64,000 bases of DNA from Adineta vaga (taxonomy: Eukaryota > Animalia > Rotifera), in the NCBI GenBank assembly GCA_021613535.1, contig CP075493.1, positions 13,764,001 through 13,828,000 on the forward strand, given 5' to 3'. The notes below the pieces were generated by a model, which saw nothing but the letters and a program-made list of their open reading frames with translations, had not been told where the DNA came from and ran no database searches. Shown here piece by piece: positions 1-12,532 of this stretch; the stretch's first letter is position 1, and every line of letters begins with the position of its first letter. Both the position numbers and the translations under genes were made by a program.

Positions 1-634
1 TACAAGTACGGCACGAGCTAGTGCAAATCCATTTTTCTATAAACGATGTGAATATATTCCTGGTCTATGGGTCGATGGTATGGATGTGTTAGCTGTAAGA
101 CAAGCAACAAAATTTGCACGTGACTGGTGTATGTCCGGTAAAAGTCCGATTCAGCAGAAAGGTAATCAAAACGATACATTTCTGAGAAATTATCAGGTCA
201 AATTTTGCATGAAAACTGAAATCTATCGAAAAGAAAAAGAATAATCAAGAATATTTCTCTCGTGACGATAAATATTTTAACAGGATTTCTTTTTGTTTAG
301 CTATCGACATCGTAAGCAAGTTGACTATATAAGAAAATTTCGCGATCCAATCAATACTTTTAGTCAGAAACTAATCGAAGCTGGTATCGCTACAGAGAAA
401 GACTTTCGGGTAAATCGATTTATTATTACAGAAAATAGAATATGTTCGCCATTATTCGTTGTGTTTTAGGATATTAAGAAGGACGTCGAAGAGATCATTA
501 TGAGTGCGAGAAAACATGCTGAAGAAGATTCCGAACCTGATGTTGATGAACTGTATTCACATGTCTAAGCTAGCATTCCATCCAATTTTGTGATACGTGG
601 TTGTGACAATTTTACCTCTAAATTCATCGAATAA
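1..634 (+). pseudogene. PDHA1: Pyruvate dehydrogenase E1 alpha, 3' part, disrupted
   Basis: Frame 2 reads [50 protein letters not shown]. Exon 301-409 reads YRHRKQVDYIRKFRDPI...; intron 410-469; last exon reads DIKKDVEEII...ELYSHV*ASIPSNFVIRGCDNF. The conserved TYRYHGHSMSDPG segment is absent and there is an in-frame TAA at 566-568. Confidence 0.85.
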
Positions 635-1069
635 GCAAACACAGTTTTGAAAAAAGACGCCTGCGATATATTTTTCTCTTAATTTAAGTTTCCATATCTT
701 GGGATGGAGAGTGTGACTTTTTCTTCCCTTATAACACCTTCACCCTTAATAATAATCAACCACTCCACAACTAGAGTTGATTGTTACGATTATACAAACA
801 TCGATAATTCTACTAGCAATGGGACTAGGAATGTAACTTCGTGTATTATTGATGATTTAGTGATATTGTTGAAGTAATAAACAATGCATAGTGTTTGACC
901 ATATCTTCGAGACTTTAAGTTACTCGACATCGTTCTGAAAGTAATTCTTAGTTTATAAAAATGTGAAAACCAGCATTAAACTGTGAGTATTCTTTATTTA
1001 AGCAGGTTTATTTCGAAATCTACATAAAATGTATTTAAAAGTAAAGAAAACTTGACAATACTAAAGGAA

Positions 1070-2029
1070 TTATTGAACAACTTTCATTACTACTACAGGT
1101 GTTTGATTAATTATTGGTGATATTTGATTAACATGAATACATCTTGTTAACGAACAAAATTGAATGATGTTTCGAAGTTTTTTTCGAAGTTCAGGTAATG
1201 CAAAAATACTCACAAAAGGAGTGAGTAATGTTGTAAAATAGGAAAGATAATAACTAATATCAAAGAAATCATAATAAGAACTATCTCTTACACCAGCAGT
1301 GTAAAGAGTATATAGAATCATCGATGGAAATACTATGATCAAATAAATAGCAGAAATAGATAACAATTGAATAGCCATTTTCCAATACTTTCTCCACTGC
1401 ATTCTTTGATTCATTCGATATTTACTATACCAAACGCGTCCTAAGAGTGCTAGACTAAAAATAACAATCGTGAAGATTGGAACAATATTATGTGCTATAC
1501 TATCCCACATGCCAAGTGCATCATTGTTATATGCACAGGTTGACACGCCACATCCTGCTTGATTAGCATAGAGATATGGTTCACAAGGGAGAACAAAATA
1601 GATAATGATATAGTAGATGAAAGGATAAAGAGTCAATATGCATAATGGTAAATAATGTAGAAAAATACGTTTTGTTTGTGTGTCAAGAAGATTTCGATGA
1701 AATATAAGAATATGTCGTTCGATAGCTGCCCAAGCGACAAGAAGTGTTATGACAACAGATACAGCATAATCAATGTATGTCCATGTATAACAAAAGACTT
1801 TTGTAACTGATAGAACATAACCAGTACGATAAAAATCAATAAACCAAAGTAAATCTGTTAGATTGAGAAAAATACCAAAAGCAAGAATAAGAATGATGAC
1901 ATGATTATTAAGAGCATGACGAAGTGTTCGATTAATAATAAAATGATAAAGACAGAAGATAGAACATAGGACAGATGGAATGAGAAAGATAAGATATAAC
2001 CAAAAACAGACTTCATACGGGACGCTCAT
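1070..2029 (-). CDS. Orphan rhodopsin-like (class A) 7TM GPCR, intronless
   Basis: Seven hydrophobic segments, AWAAIERH (DRY-equivalent) and TPF in TM7; first ATG at 2029. Paralogous to 33945..34883. Confidence 0.85.
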   Translation of the reverse strand: MSVPYEVCFWLYLIFLIPSVLCSIFCLYHFIINRTLRHALNNHVIILILAFGIFLNLTDLLWFIDFYRTGYVLSVTKVFCYTWTYIDYAVSVVITLLVAWAAIERHILIFHRNLLDTQTKRIFLHYLPLCILTLYPFIYYIIIYFVLPCEPYLYANQAGCGVSTCAYNNDALGMWDSIAHNIVPIFTIVIFSLALLGRVWYSKYRMNQRMQWRKYWKMAIQLLSISAIYLIIVFPSMILYTLYTAGVRDSSYYDFFDISYYLSYFTTLLTPFVSIFALPELRKKLRNIIQFCSLTRCIHVNQISPIINQTPVVVMKVVQ

Positions 2030-4188
2030 CTTCAATCGAAATTATTTTTTCCAGCAGAACTAAATGAAAGGTAAAAATGATTATAATGAGAATCATAGAA
2101 GTAAAGAACCTATCAGGATTTAATCGAATAGAAAAGTAACGACGAGAAGTTCACGATGACACAAACGTTTCTTGCACTGTTATTGAATATAGCAGTCATC
2201 TTTTTAGAAAATAAATGTCTGAAAGGAAAAAGTTATTCTATCCGAAACAATACTCCTACATTTCATTTATATTTTATTTAGTATTAAAATATGCACTTTT
2301 CAACTGACTTTTTGACAATGGTGTCGACAGATATCAGGGTTATCTTAATGTATTTATTTATGATCATCATTATTGAGTTGTTAATAATAGATAGGAAGAG
2401 GAAGAGTAATAAAGAAAACGTTTTGCATAAATAAATAGCACTCTATAAACTTCTGATGTTATTTTTCTTCAAGTGACCAAAGATTAATCGACAGAGCAAT
2501 AGATTCAATGCTAAACTGATCTATGTCCTTCTGAAATGACAGATATCAATAGTTAAACACATCGGACATTGAGAAATAACGATGTAAATTTATTCTATTT
2601 TGGGTAACATTTTTCCTTTAATGGTTTTTTTTCCAACCCATGAATCTTGAGAGTGTGGATATGGAATAATTTACATCCTTTTTGTCATAGTACAACTTGT
2701 AAGATATTGAGCAGTTTGCACAGAATATAATATATAAGATTTATTTTCTCTTTCTTCATTTTAAAGCTATTAGAGGGTGAAGATGATGAGCACGATGCCG
2801 CTATCCTATTATGATAATTTCTGTTAAGATTGAACTGACAACCTAATCGTATTTTTTTTTATTGATAGGGGCTTGGATTTGTCGCCCAACACCATCAGAA
2901 TGAATCAATTTGTGACGGAGTTTTGTTGAAATTTGGCTTGAGTTTATCTATAAGCTTGACAATTATTGCCGTGCTAGCAGCGTGTGGATTAGTGGGTTAT
3001 ATCAAAAGTGGTAGGAACTCGCGGGTATTTCTCGAGTTTGAGCTCCCATAACTAATCCAAAGCCTGATGCCCTTAGCTGTTATTATTCCAATAGATCAAT
3101 TAAAATGTAACCACTGTTTTTAATCTATAAAGAAACATTTATTCACTTTTTTTGTCTAGTATCTGTTTCTTAATTCGAATCGATATTCTGGAAAAGTCAC
3201 ATCTAAATCAAGAAAAGAATGATTCATGGATTACCTCTTTTTTTTCAAAATATATTCTCGTATTGAAATACTTTTCAGAGAGCCTGTCTCGAAATTTACT
3301 AAAAGCTCTAGGGATGCAAAACTATGTAAGATTGACCTTGTATTCTGACGTGTAGAAATGTTGATGGAACGTATTTTATTTTCGATTGTGTTCACTCAAC
3401 AATCTCGTGATCCTTAAGAATAAATTCGGCAAACTATCTTACTAATATGTTATGTTCTATTTAACGTAATTCTCGTGAATGAGAGGAAATATTGTTTTGA
3501 TGATTGAAAAAAAAGGTCAAGCAAGATTCATTCAATTCTTTGGCTTCAGTTGAGATCGATCGATCGACAGAATAGCAAAGAAAATCAAATAGTTCATTTC
3601 AAGGTAAATACGATTTATTGTCTATGATGATTAGATTATTCTGAAAATAAAAAGAATTAATTTTTCTTTTGTGTTCGAAAGAATATTTATATATCAAGAT
3701 TGCATTTCAATGGATTTGATTTTGTCAATGTGACCGTAGTTTTGAGAACTATCAATAAAAAAAATCGACAAAAAGCAAACGAAGTTTTTTTCATATTAGC
3801 AATGATCAAAATAATTCGTGTTAGACAAATTCAACTGCAGAATGGATGTAAAACAGTAATTGAAAATGATGTAAGTAATTTTCTTTTCTATCGCAGTAGT
3901 CAACGAATATATATTCTATTGACCATTGAATAGGAATCGTTTGCACATTCAAATGTTCAACAAGTCCCACGAATACGAGATAGTGAAGTAATGAATTCTT
4001 CATTTATGAAAAACATTAATTTTAATCTTTTCTAGCAAACTGTATCTACTATGAATCAAATGCAGATATTCGATTTTTCAGATAATCGAATGACGGATAC
4101 ATTTGATTGAACAGGGACAGATCGTCGACAAAAGTATACATTTCTTAAACAAATCTGTTTATGTCAAATTGATTCGTTTACTCTCGTA

Positions 4189-5125
4189 GACGTAATGTAA
4201 TTTCATGGATAAAACTATGCTGGTGTTGTCTGGCATGTACACTTCTATTACTTATTGGAATTATTATTACAATTGCTGTTCTTTTCTCTAAACATCCAAA
4301 CGAAAGTAAGAATTTGTTTTGTAGAAATTCTTCTCTTTTCGTTCTAACTATTATATGTAATGTTAATATAGCGACAACACCAACTACAACTGTCACAACT
4401 GTCTCGACAACTTCGACAAGTACAAGTACTACCACAACATGTATGTGTTTTTTTTTATTGAATATCCAAATGTTTTATATATGAAATGGATTGTTTATTT
4501 TTTATTTAGTTTACAAAGGTAACTGGATAATAAATGGTGATGCTGAAAACGGGTCCTTGTGAAACAGGCAATGGTGTTACCAGTCCCACAGACTGGAATT
4601 ACAATGGTACAATCACACAAGTATATTATAACAATACCGTTAGCGATCAAAATGCGATAACTCCATGATCGAGGTAAATCTGAATAACGAATGTATTTCA
4701 TTCCAAACCGTTTATTCTTTTATAGTAACCGTGGAAGATGTCATTTTTATGCTCAAATCGCAGCGGTCACTTCCATGTGGCAATATGTCAACATGACTCC
4801 GGAAATTAATCCTGTTCTTATCGATAATCAAACAGTATATTTTAATTTTTCAGCATGGCTCGGTGGATATGGTGCACAAAATGACAATGCTCAAGTTTCG
4901 TTAACATTCATCAATCAGTTTAATGTAAAAGTGGGCACTACTATCACTCTTGGACCTGTTCTCGGTATAGATCGTAGTAGTAAAACGTCATTGATCCTTC
5001 GACAAGCAAATGGAATCATACCTGTTGGTGCTCGTTATTTCATAGTCACAGTCATACAAACTGTTGCAATGGGACCGGCGAATGATGGTGATGTTGATAA
5101 CATTATACTTTATTTGACTCAATAA
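4189..5125 (+). pseudogene. Type II membrane protein: TM, Thr-rich stalk and C-terminal beta-rich (carbohydrate-binding-like) domain; disrupted; 5' end uncertain
   Basis: Exons ~4189-4305 (TM LCWCCLACTLLLLIGIIITIAVLF), 4372-4440 (Thr run), 4510-4673 and ~4726-5125. An extra A in the run at 4546-4549 shifts NGDAE/TGPCETG; in-frame TGA at 4666-4668. Confidence 0.65.
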
Positions 5126-5457
5126 GTATGAACTATTCGTTGAAAACGAACATACATATGTAATCATTTAATGATACATGTTTCAAAATAAACTTGAAAG
5201 ATCAGCGACATGCGCAGAGATTGCCATTTGCTAATAATGGTGAAAGCTTTTCTTCAATTTAGTCTTATTCGTAGAAAGTAAAAGTTATGTCCGTGGCAAT
5301 AAAACGAGTTTCTTTTGCTTGTATCAATATCAACTTTATGACCCATTAGTTTTTCGTTCTTTTTCTATTCAAATAACAAGATGCGTATCTTTAAAAGCAT
5401 ACAGTTCTGAATAAACACAACAACAGTAGTATACATTTAACTGGCTATAAAAAAACG

Positions 5458-6717
5458 ATGAATTCTCACTCGTGTTTTTATCGTTCACTTGTTTATCTTC
5501 ATGTTTTAATTGCTATCTTTGAATCTGCAATGACTATCACATTATTCATACTTATATCCATTACTCATCGTGAATTATTTTTTAAAATCAAACATCCAGA
5601 TGATGATCAATTGGAAATCGTCGGGATTGTAAATATGATTATTATTATTGCTTTATTTTTTGCTGGTGCAATTCGTACAGTGCTTTTATTAATTTTCGTG
5701 ATTTTTGTTATGTTAATACCCAGTGCATGTATCTGTTGTCTGTGTATTCCACATTGTCGAAATGGATATTTGAAATTAATTAAAGCAAGATCAACACATC
5801 GATTTCTTTCTTTTAGTTGTAATTGTCTATGTTATCGTGCACGTCCTAAATTACGTTTTCAATTACAATTTGTATTTGTTCTATTGATATCGTGCGTTCG
5901 TATTGGAATGATAGCATTTTGTTTAGTCATACGACATAATATTACAACGAAAAGTCTAGCCGTTATCGTTGCTATATCATTCTTCTTTCTAATTTTAACT
6001 TCTCTATTAGATTATTATCACTATCGTATATGGTGGCATTATAAACCGCAATTAACTGGACTTGAGGCAGACTTCGAAATGCCAACTACATCATTATCAA
6101 AAAAGCATAAACGATATATTCCTTATCATCTACTGGGTGATCATCGTACGATGCGCTTTGATGATAAAGCTTGTTCAAATAATAATCAATGTCAAAATCG
6201 TGATTTAGAACATATTTTTATATTTCATTTCGAAGGTTATCATCCTCAACCACGTTATTTCGATATACAACAAACAAAGTCTGGAAAAAAACTTTATATT
6301 GGTTTTCATCAAACTGACGCAGAGTCAGCTACATTAATTGCTCATTCTGATTTTAGAATCAGCACTAGATATGAAAGTACAATGATAGGCCATGGTATAT
6401 ATTTTGCCCGATCACGAGAAGGAACAGAAAGAAAAGCTAATCGTTGTGGTGCTTATATATGTGCAGAAATCAATATGGGAAGAGTACTGAAATTGGAACC
6501 TGACGAAAGAAATTTGTATCGCGGTAAAAAAGACTAGTGGGATACGTACGATACAGCCTATTTTTGCCATGCAGATCCACGTTATGATGAATTTTGTATA
6601 AAAGATCCATCTCAGATTTTGAAATGGATCATAGTGATTAAAAGAGAATCCGATACAAAAGTGACAAATTATGGACTAGATGGAGAATTTGATGATACGA
6701 AATGTTGATGCATATAG
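5458..6717 (+). pseudogene. Multi-TM protein with C-terminal PARP-like (Gig2-type, H-Y-E) ADP-ribosyltransferase domain, interrupted by TAG
   Basis: About 4 TM helices, then IGFHQT, GHGIYFARS and INMGRV. After TAG 6535-6537 the same frame continues WDTYDTAYFCHADPRYDEFCIKDPSQILKW...TKC*CI*. Confidence 0.75.
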
Positions 6718-7061
6718 AAAAACAACTTGAAAAAATTGAACGGATGTATAATAGCTATTAGAATGGAAAACTTTCGAAAAAGATCTTTTATTTTCTTTCA
6801 TGTCGGAGAAACAGTTGAAGATAAAGAAAAATAGCTGTTGCTATTCACTTACATTATCATACACCGATGATTCAATCTCTGTTTTTCATCGTAAAGAACG
6901 GAATAATTTACGGTCACAAAACAAAAGAGAACGGTGCGTGTCCACAGTGTTTTGAGATCTATTCTTTTCACTGTCACTTTTATCAACTATTTTAAAATCT
7001 AAATAAGCAATATTATTCACATTTTGTCAAAAGAAAAAAAAGGCATTGTTCAGTTGGAATG

Positions 7062-8185
7062 TTAATGGTCAACTAAAAATTTTCGAACTCGATTTCCATA
7101 ATTGTCTGCAACATAGAGATTTCCTTCTTTATCAAATTTAAATCCACTAGCACGGCACATATGCCTTGGATCGCTAGTCAAATTATCAGCACCAACAATA
7201 ATTTCTCCTTGTTTTTGACCGATTACCCATCGAACAACACGAGCATTAATCGAATCAGAAACATAGATTTGATTTTCATCATTATCAACAATAACTGCTG
7301 ATGGATAATTGAATTGATTTAAATCCGTTCCTATATTATTTCCACCGGCTACAATAACACCTTGTTTACTACCAGGTGCCCAACGACGAACACATTGATT
7401 GACAAAATCAGCAACATAAAGATTTCCAGTTCTTTCCGCAACAAAAATACCCATTGGATGATATAATTGATGTGGCGCACTGCCAAAACCATTTCCACCA
7501 GCGACAATTTGTTTATTTTTTCCATATTTATCAAATTTGAATACAGCCGATTGAATCCAATCAGAAATATAAATATTTTCATTGCTATCTACAAAAATTC
7601 CTGAACATGACTGGATAACACCACTTTTGGCATCCATCAATACGGTTGCTTTTCCATCTGGTGTAATCTTCCATACACGACATGGACAATATACTTCTCC
7701 AACATAGATATTATCATTTCTATCTATATGTATTGCTGATGGTTTATTTGCTTTGTCATCGGGTCGCCAAGGATTGAGTCTAGAAATAATAAACGGAACA
7801 AATCGAAATTTAATATATAATCTTATGATCGTATTTACATCTTACTCGGTACTATTTTCGAATTTGTAAAATGTTTCTCCATCACCATTTCCGTTCACTG
7901 GAAAGCGTTGAATACGACTATTTTCATAATCTGCTACATAGAAATATTGATTTCTACTATCAATGACCAAATCAGATGGAATATCTAGTCCATTGGGACC
8001 TGCATCTGCTTTTCCTTGTTCATCACCTGCTACTGTTACACCTACTTGTTTCCATTTCGTTGATCTATTACCAATTATTTGATTCACTAAAACATTATTC
8101 TCTATACAACAAGTAAATTACACTACCAGAATAGCAAACCTGAACCACGTCGACTAAATGATTGTCTACTTCCGTTTCCGTACAT
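7062..8185 (-). CDS. NHL-repeat beta-propeller protein (3 coding exons)
   Basis: Repeats such as LYHPMGIFV..GNLYVADFVN, FNYPSAVIVD and GNLYVADNYGNRV. Exons 8140-8185, 7846-8086 and 7062-7779 with GT-AG boundaries. Confidence 0.85.
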
Positions 8186-8964
8186 ATCAATAACCGCTGT
8201 GTCTGAAAAAGAAGACATAAATATTCGATGACTACCGAGAATTTTCTAAATTCTAATGGAGAAATGTTTTCCTCAGGAAGAGAAGAGATTCAATGTAGAA
8301 ACATCGAGAATATAAATGACAAATGAATCTGTTATTTTCACTAGGTTTTTATCATTCAGATGAGAACTTGGAAAAAAACTGGAAAAAACCATCCACATAC
8401 GCAGGGAACATTATATGCATTGCATTATTTCGAACAAATTTGTAACGACATTTTTCATGAAAGTATACCGATCCTTAATGTGAACAAATATTGTTCGAAT
8501 AACACATGAAATAAAGTCATAATTACTAAGTAATAATATTGAAAATTGAAAACAAAATGCTGTAATTGTACATATATGTAAATGAAAAATAAGAACTAAA
8601 ATGTAACGATTTACTTTTTCTCAAATAATCATTGATGCAGCAATCGTCTATCTATCATTTCAATCAACAAAAAAACAAGAAAATTGATAATTGATTCTCT
8701 CTCATTCTTTTCATGCACATAACAAACATTACCTGTAATTGAGAGAAAAACATACCTATCATTTTTTTCTTGGACATCAATTACAACCATCAAAATATAA
8801 CACATAGTTATCAACTATTCAATTACTTATAGTGATGAATGTTAATATTTATTCTAATCCTAAGGATATTGTGAAAGTTCAGAGAGCTCTTTGAATTATC
8901 GATTATAAAATACAACTCTTGAAATTCCATACAAGTGACAATATAAAAGATGTATTAACACCCT

Positions 8965-9663
8965 CAATTTTTTCTTCTTCTTTTATAGTTCAATGAATGT
9001 AATTGGATGCATTATAAACAACAAACTACAGCTATACCAATACCAGCAAATAATCTTATAATTACACTCTACTCGATTATGCCGGTCATAAGTAAAAGTA
9101 GTTTAGGTAATGTATTAACCAAACAATAAAATGCATAGGAAATATCATCCATATTTGTCAATAATGATGTTGTTAATAGTCTTGACGTTAATACTAATGG
9201 ATATCTGGCAGAAAAATATAAATATGTACACATAATGAAGACAATTCGTGGTCACATGTGTAATATTAGTATTGGACAAATGAGAGTGAAAGACTCTATT
9301 TCTGATAGAAAATAGATGACAGATTTGCAATCGAGACAATTACAATCTGAGCAATTATTGTTCAAATGTGATACTGTTAATAATGGAGATGCATTGTTTT
9401 GTTGTGGATTATCATTCGATACTAAATTTATGGTTACATTCATATCGGAATGATTTGTTTTGCATGTCTGATGCTGATTTTAACATAAATATGATACCGG
9501 TGAGCATTCCAAGAATAACTTCAGGAAGTCTTGTCAAAGGTGAAATATATATATATATCAGTGTATTGAGAATGACAGTGTATTTTGTAGTTAGATCATT
9601 ATATATCTTCAATTGGATTATTAGAGGTATTGCGGACATACATAATAAGACTATGAACCACAT
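8965..9663 (-). pseudogene. Acyltransferase-3 (OafA/NRF-6-like) C-terminal fragment, degenerate
   Basis: YISPLTRLPEVILGMLTG motif and a downstream DISYAFY motif, with stops and frameshifts between them; no N-terminal part found. Confidence 0.55.
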
Positions 9664-10423
9664 TAAATATAAATATTTCGCTGTTTTTTTCTCTTGTCAT
9701 TAATGTTTACAAGAAGACTGACTTTAGTTTTACTTAGTACAAATCGAATCAGACGAATAAGAAAAGGAAAGACAAGATAGAAAAACCATTCTGTTTGTAC
9801 ACTAAATAAAGTTGCCACAATAAATATCCAATTTACTATAGTATATGGTTCGTCTTTACTCCATACATATCAAATATCATAAATAGATAAAAGTAATGAA
9901 AAATAATATAATGGAAATAATCCATTATCATATGACCTATTGTGACTCGTCTATCACTGTTCTCTTCTGTTTAAATGTGTAAACGAAGACATCGAATATT
10001 AGAAACAGGTATCTCACGTAGTTATAGGAAGAATTTGATGTCTTATCGAGTATATACTATATTCTCTGGAATATATTACACTGATATACTCACTCTACTT
10101 TATCTATCATAGGTTTACTTATGTGTCTCTATAGAAGTTGTAAACATATCTAAACATTTGAATATTATACAAACTGTTTTCTTCAGCGACATCTTATGGT
10201 ATAATATAGACATTATTTTAGTTATAATTCCCATGGGATTATTTTTTTATCCCATTCCAGTTAGAACGCTGCTTTATATAAACATATCTATGCATAATAT
10301 GTCAAGCAGATCTTCTTTTATTCAAATATGTGTGAACACTGATGTGCACGAGATAAGACAACAAATGATTATAGTTTTATGTTCACTAGATTTTCTGGAT
10401 CTTGTCAATTGTAATCCTTGCCT

Positions 10424-11452
10424 TCATTCGATCGACAATGTTCGAGGATTTTCAACCCGACGTCGACTGAGCCGGTTTTTAATTAATCTTTGAAATTCGT
10501 GTCGAAATAATGGAGCTGTCCAGATATAAATAAAAAATGTAAGTGCAAATTCCAGTTGAAGGAAAACATAACTCGTATGAAAAATGCTCCATTCCACCAA
10601 GAGACGAAGAGGTGATTTTGCAACATTCATTGTAAACGCTCGATAGAGAAAGTAACATGGGTTTAATATACTGAGAACGACAAAAATAATAGCTTCGTTA
10701 AAAGCAATTTTAAACATTTGAATATCTTTCTTCGACATAATAACTGGTTGAATAGGTTGTGAACCATTGATCCTATTCATTGGATAGGTACGTTTTTTTA
10801 TTTGACGAATATTTTTGAGTGTGAGTAAACTGAAAATGACCATAAGAGATGGAGGAAGTATACCACTATCAAAAGCTATGTAGATACCGAAAAACATATT
10901 ATAAGTGCCATGTTTTGGTGCACATTCACCGTTCTGAATTTCATAGAAGACAAGTACATGAGTATATATCAATGGCCAGAAAATCATATTAGCAACTATC
11001 AGACGATAGGCAAACTTTTTTGAACTCCATTGACGACGGAGTGCATTGCGAGAACTAGCAAAATAGCGATCGATTGCGGCTAAGATTATGAAATAGCGAG
11101 GAATGGCTACAAAAACATAGAGGAGATAATAACGAATCTTACAAAACCAGAGAACATAACTAGCTGTCTGAACATTGTAACCGTATTGAAGCATGCGTGT
11201 CATAAGACCAAAATTAAAATCTATAAATTGAGTAGCACTAGAGGCGAGATAGTAGAGAGCGCATGGGTTTTTGCGTAGTACGGGTTGAAATAAAACGATG
11301 CAGCTCAATAGTGACCCAATATTTCCAACAATTATAACAGCACCCATACCGTACTGTGAAACTTTGATCATCAGTTCGGTAATTAGAAGAATCCAATAGG
11401 TCTGATTACTGTCTGATATTGCACCAGTGCTATTTGTCGTAGTGTTATTCAT
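10424..11452 (-). CDS. Orphan class A 7TM GPCR, intronless
   Basis: N-glycosylated N-terminus (NNT, NST), GN in TM1, CKIRYY, AAIDRY and seven TM segments. Confidence 0.88.
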   Translation of the reverse strand: MNNTTTNSTGAISDSNQTYWILLITELMIKVSQYGMGAVIIVGNIGSLLSCIVLFQPVLRKNPCALYYLASSATQFIDFNFGLMTRMLQYGYNVQTASYVLWFCKIRYYLLYVFVAIPRYFIILAAIDRYFASSRNALRRQWSSKKFAYRLIVANMIFWPLIYTHVLVFYEIQNGECAPKHGTYNMFFGIYIAFDSGILPPSLMVIFSLLTLKNIRQIKKRTYPMNRINGSQPIQPVIMSKKDIQMFKIAFNEAIIFVVLSILNPCYFLYRAFTMNVAKSPLRLLVEWSIFHTSYVFLQLEFALTFFIYIWTAPLFRHEFQRLIKNRLSRRRVENPRTLSIE

Positions 11453-12532
11453 TTGACTATAGACGTTGACAAGTAAGAAAATAATCAGTTAAAAAACTAA
11501 ACAAAAACATTTTCAAATTTTTATTTCACATAAATACAACTAACTTTATTTATCGAGGATATGAATGGGTGAGAATTAGTTTCTAAAGTATGCTATTATT
11601 GCTACATCGACTTTGTAGATGGTTTAACTACATTCTACAAAATTCATTCTCTAGAAAACTCAAAATCACACTCTGAAAATTTGACGAGAGGTACGTGTCA
11701 ATGAAGAAAAGATACTCGAACATCCGCTCGTTTCTTACTTCTTCTAGCATACAAAATCTATAAGAATTTTTATAATTAAGAAACTCATACTGTGTTTGAC
11801 AAACCGATGAGATTATGAAAGTTGTTCATTTTACTTTAAAATCTTTATAATAAATGGAGGAATAGAATTTGAGACTGTTATAATTGAATATTTCAATGTC
11901 AGAAGAAAATCTTTTTCATACAAAGCATTCTATAAATATTACTAAGAATAATCGCATTACAAAGTTTTTAAAGTGGGTAAACATATTTTTTGTGTCAAAT
12001 TATGTATTATGGTTCTCCAGTGAGTCAACATCATGAACAGAGCATGAGTGTGTGTAGCTAGAGAATAGATATTCGTGTTCACATTCGTCCGTATCTTTTC
12101 ATATTCATTTCTATTTACAGTCGAATACCAGAATTTAACTTAATAGTTATTGGATCATCCATTTAGGTTTTGTCTATATCAGAAAGCTTGTTTTTTTCTG
12201 CAGATTGGAATTATAAAAAGTCTTAATTAATTCACTCTTAATCGTATCAATCTAGTTTCTTTTTCATATGAAGAAAATCATATGATTGTCATATGACAGC
12301 TATAATTATATTAGTTTACATACACTCAAAAGTTTGGCTATATTGAAGCATAAAAGAAGTTAAGAAACTCATGTATCTCTGTCTGCAGATAAGACATTTA
12401 TTTGATATGAAAATATGATTTTCTTTGTATTCTCTGCTCAGTATGTATTATTTTGTTTTCTTTAAGGAAAAAATGAATATTGAATAAAATGCAAAGACTA
12501 TTGGCGAGAAGAAATATATTTCAAGAGCGTTA

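Noticed and set aside
2868-3012. Short stretch AVLAACGLVGYIKSG resembling TMEM14
   Set aside because: Too short; no complete gene model could be built.
3152-4003. Short 60-90-aa ORFs here and in other intergenic or antisense positions
   Set aside because: Non-ATG starts or AT-rich random composition with no motifs.
566-6708. Alternative genetic code as the explanation for in-frame stops
   Set aside because: TAA, TAG and TGA all occur internally and all terminate intact genes in the window; frameshifts co-occur with the stops.
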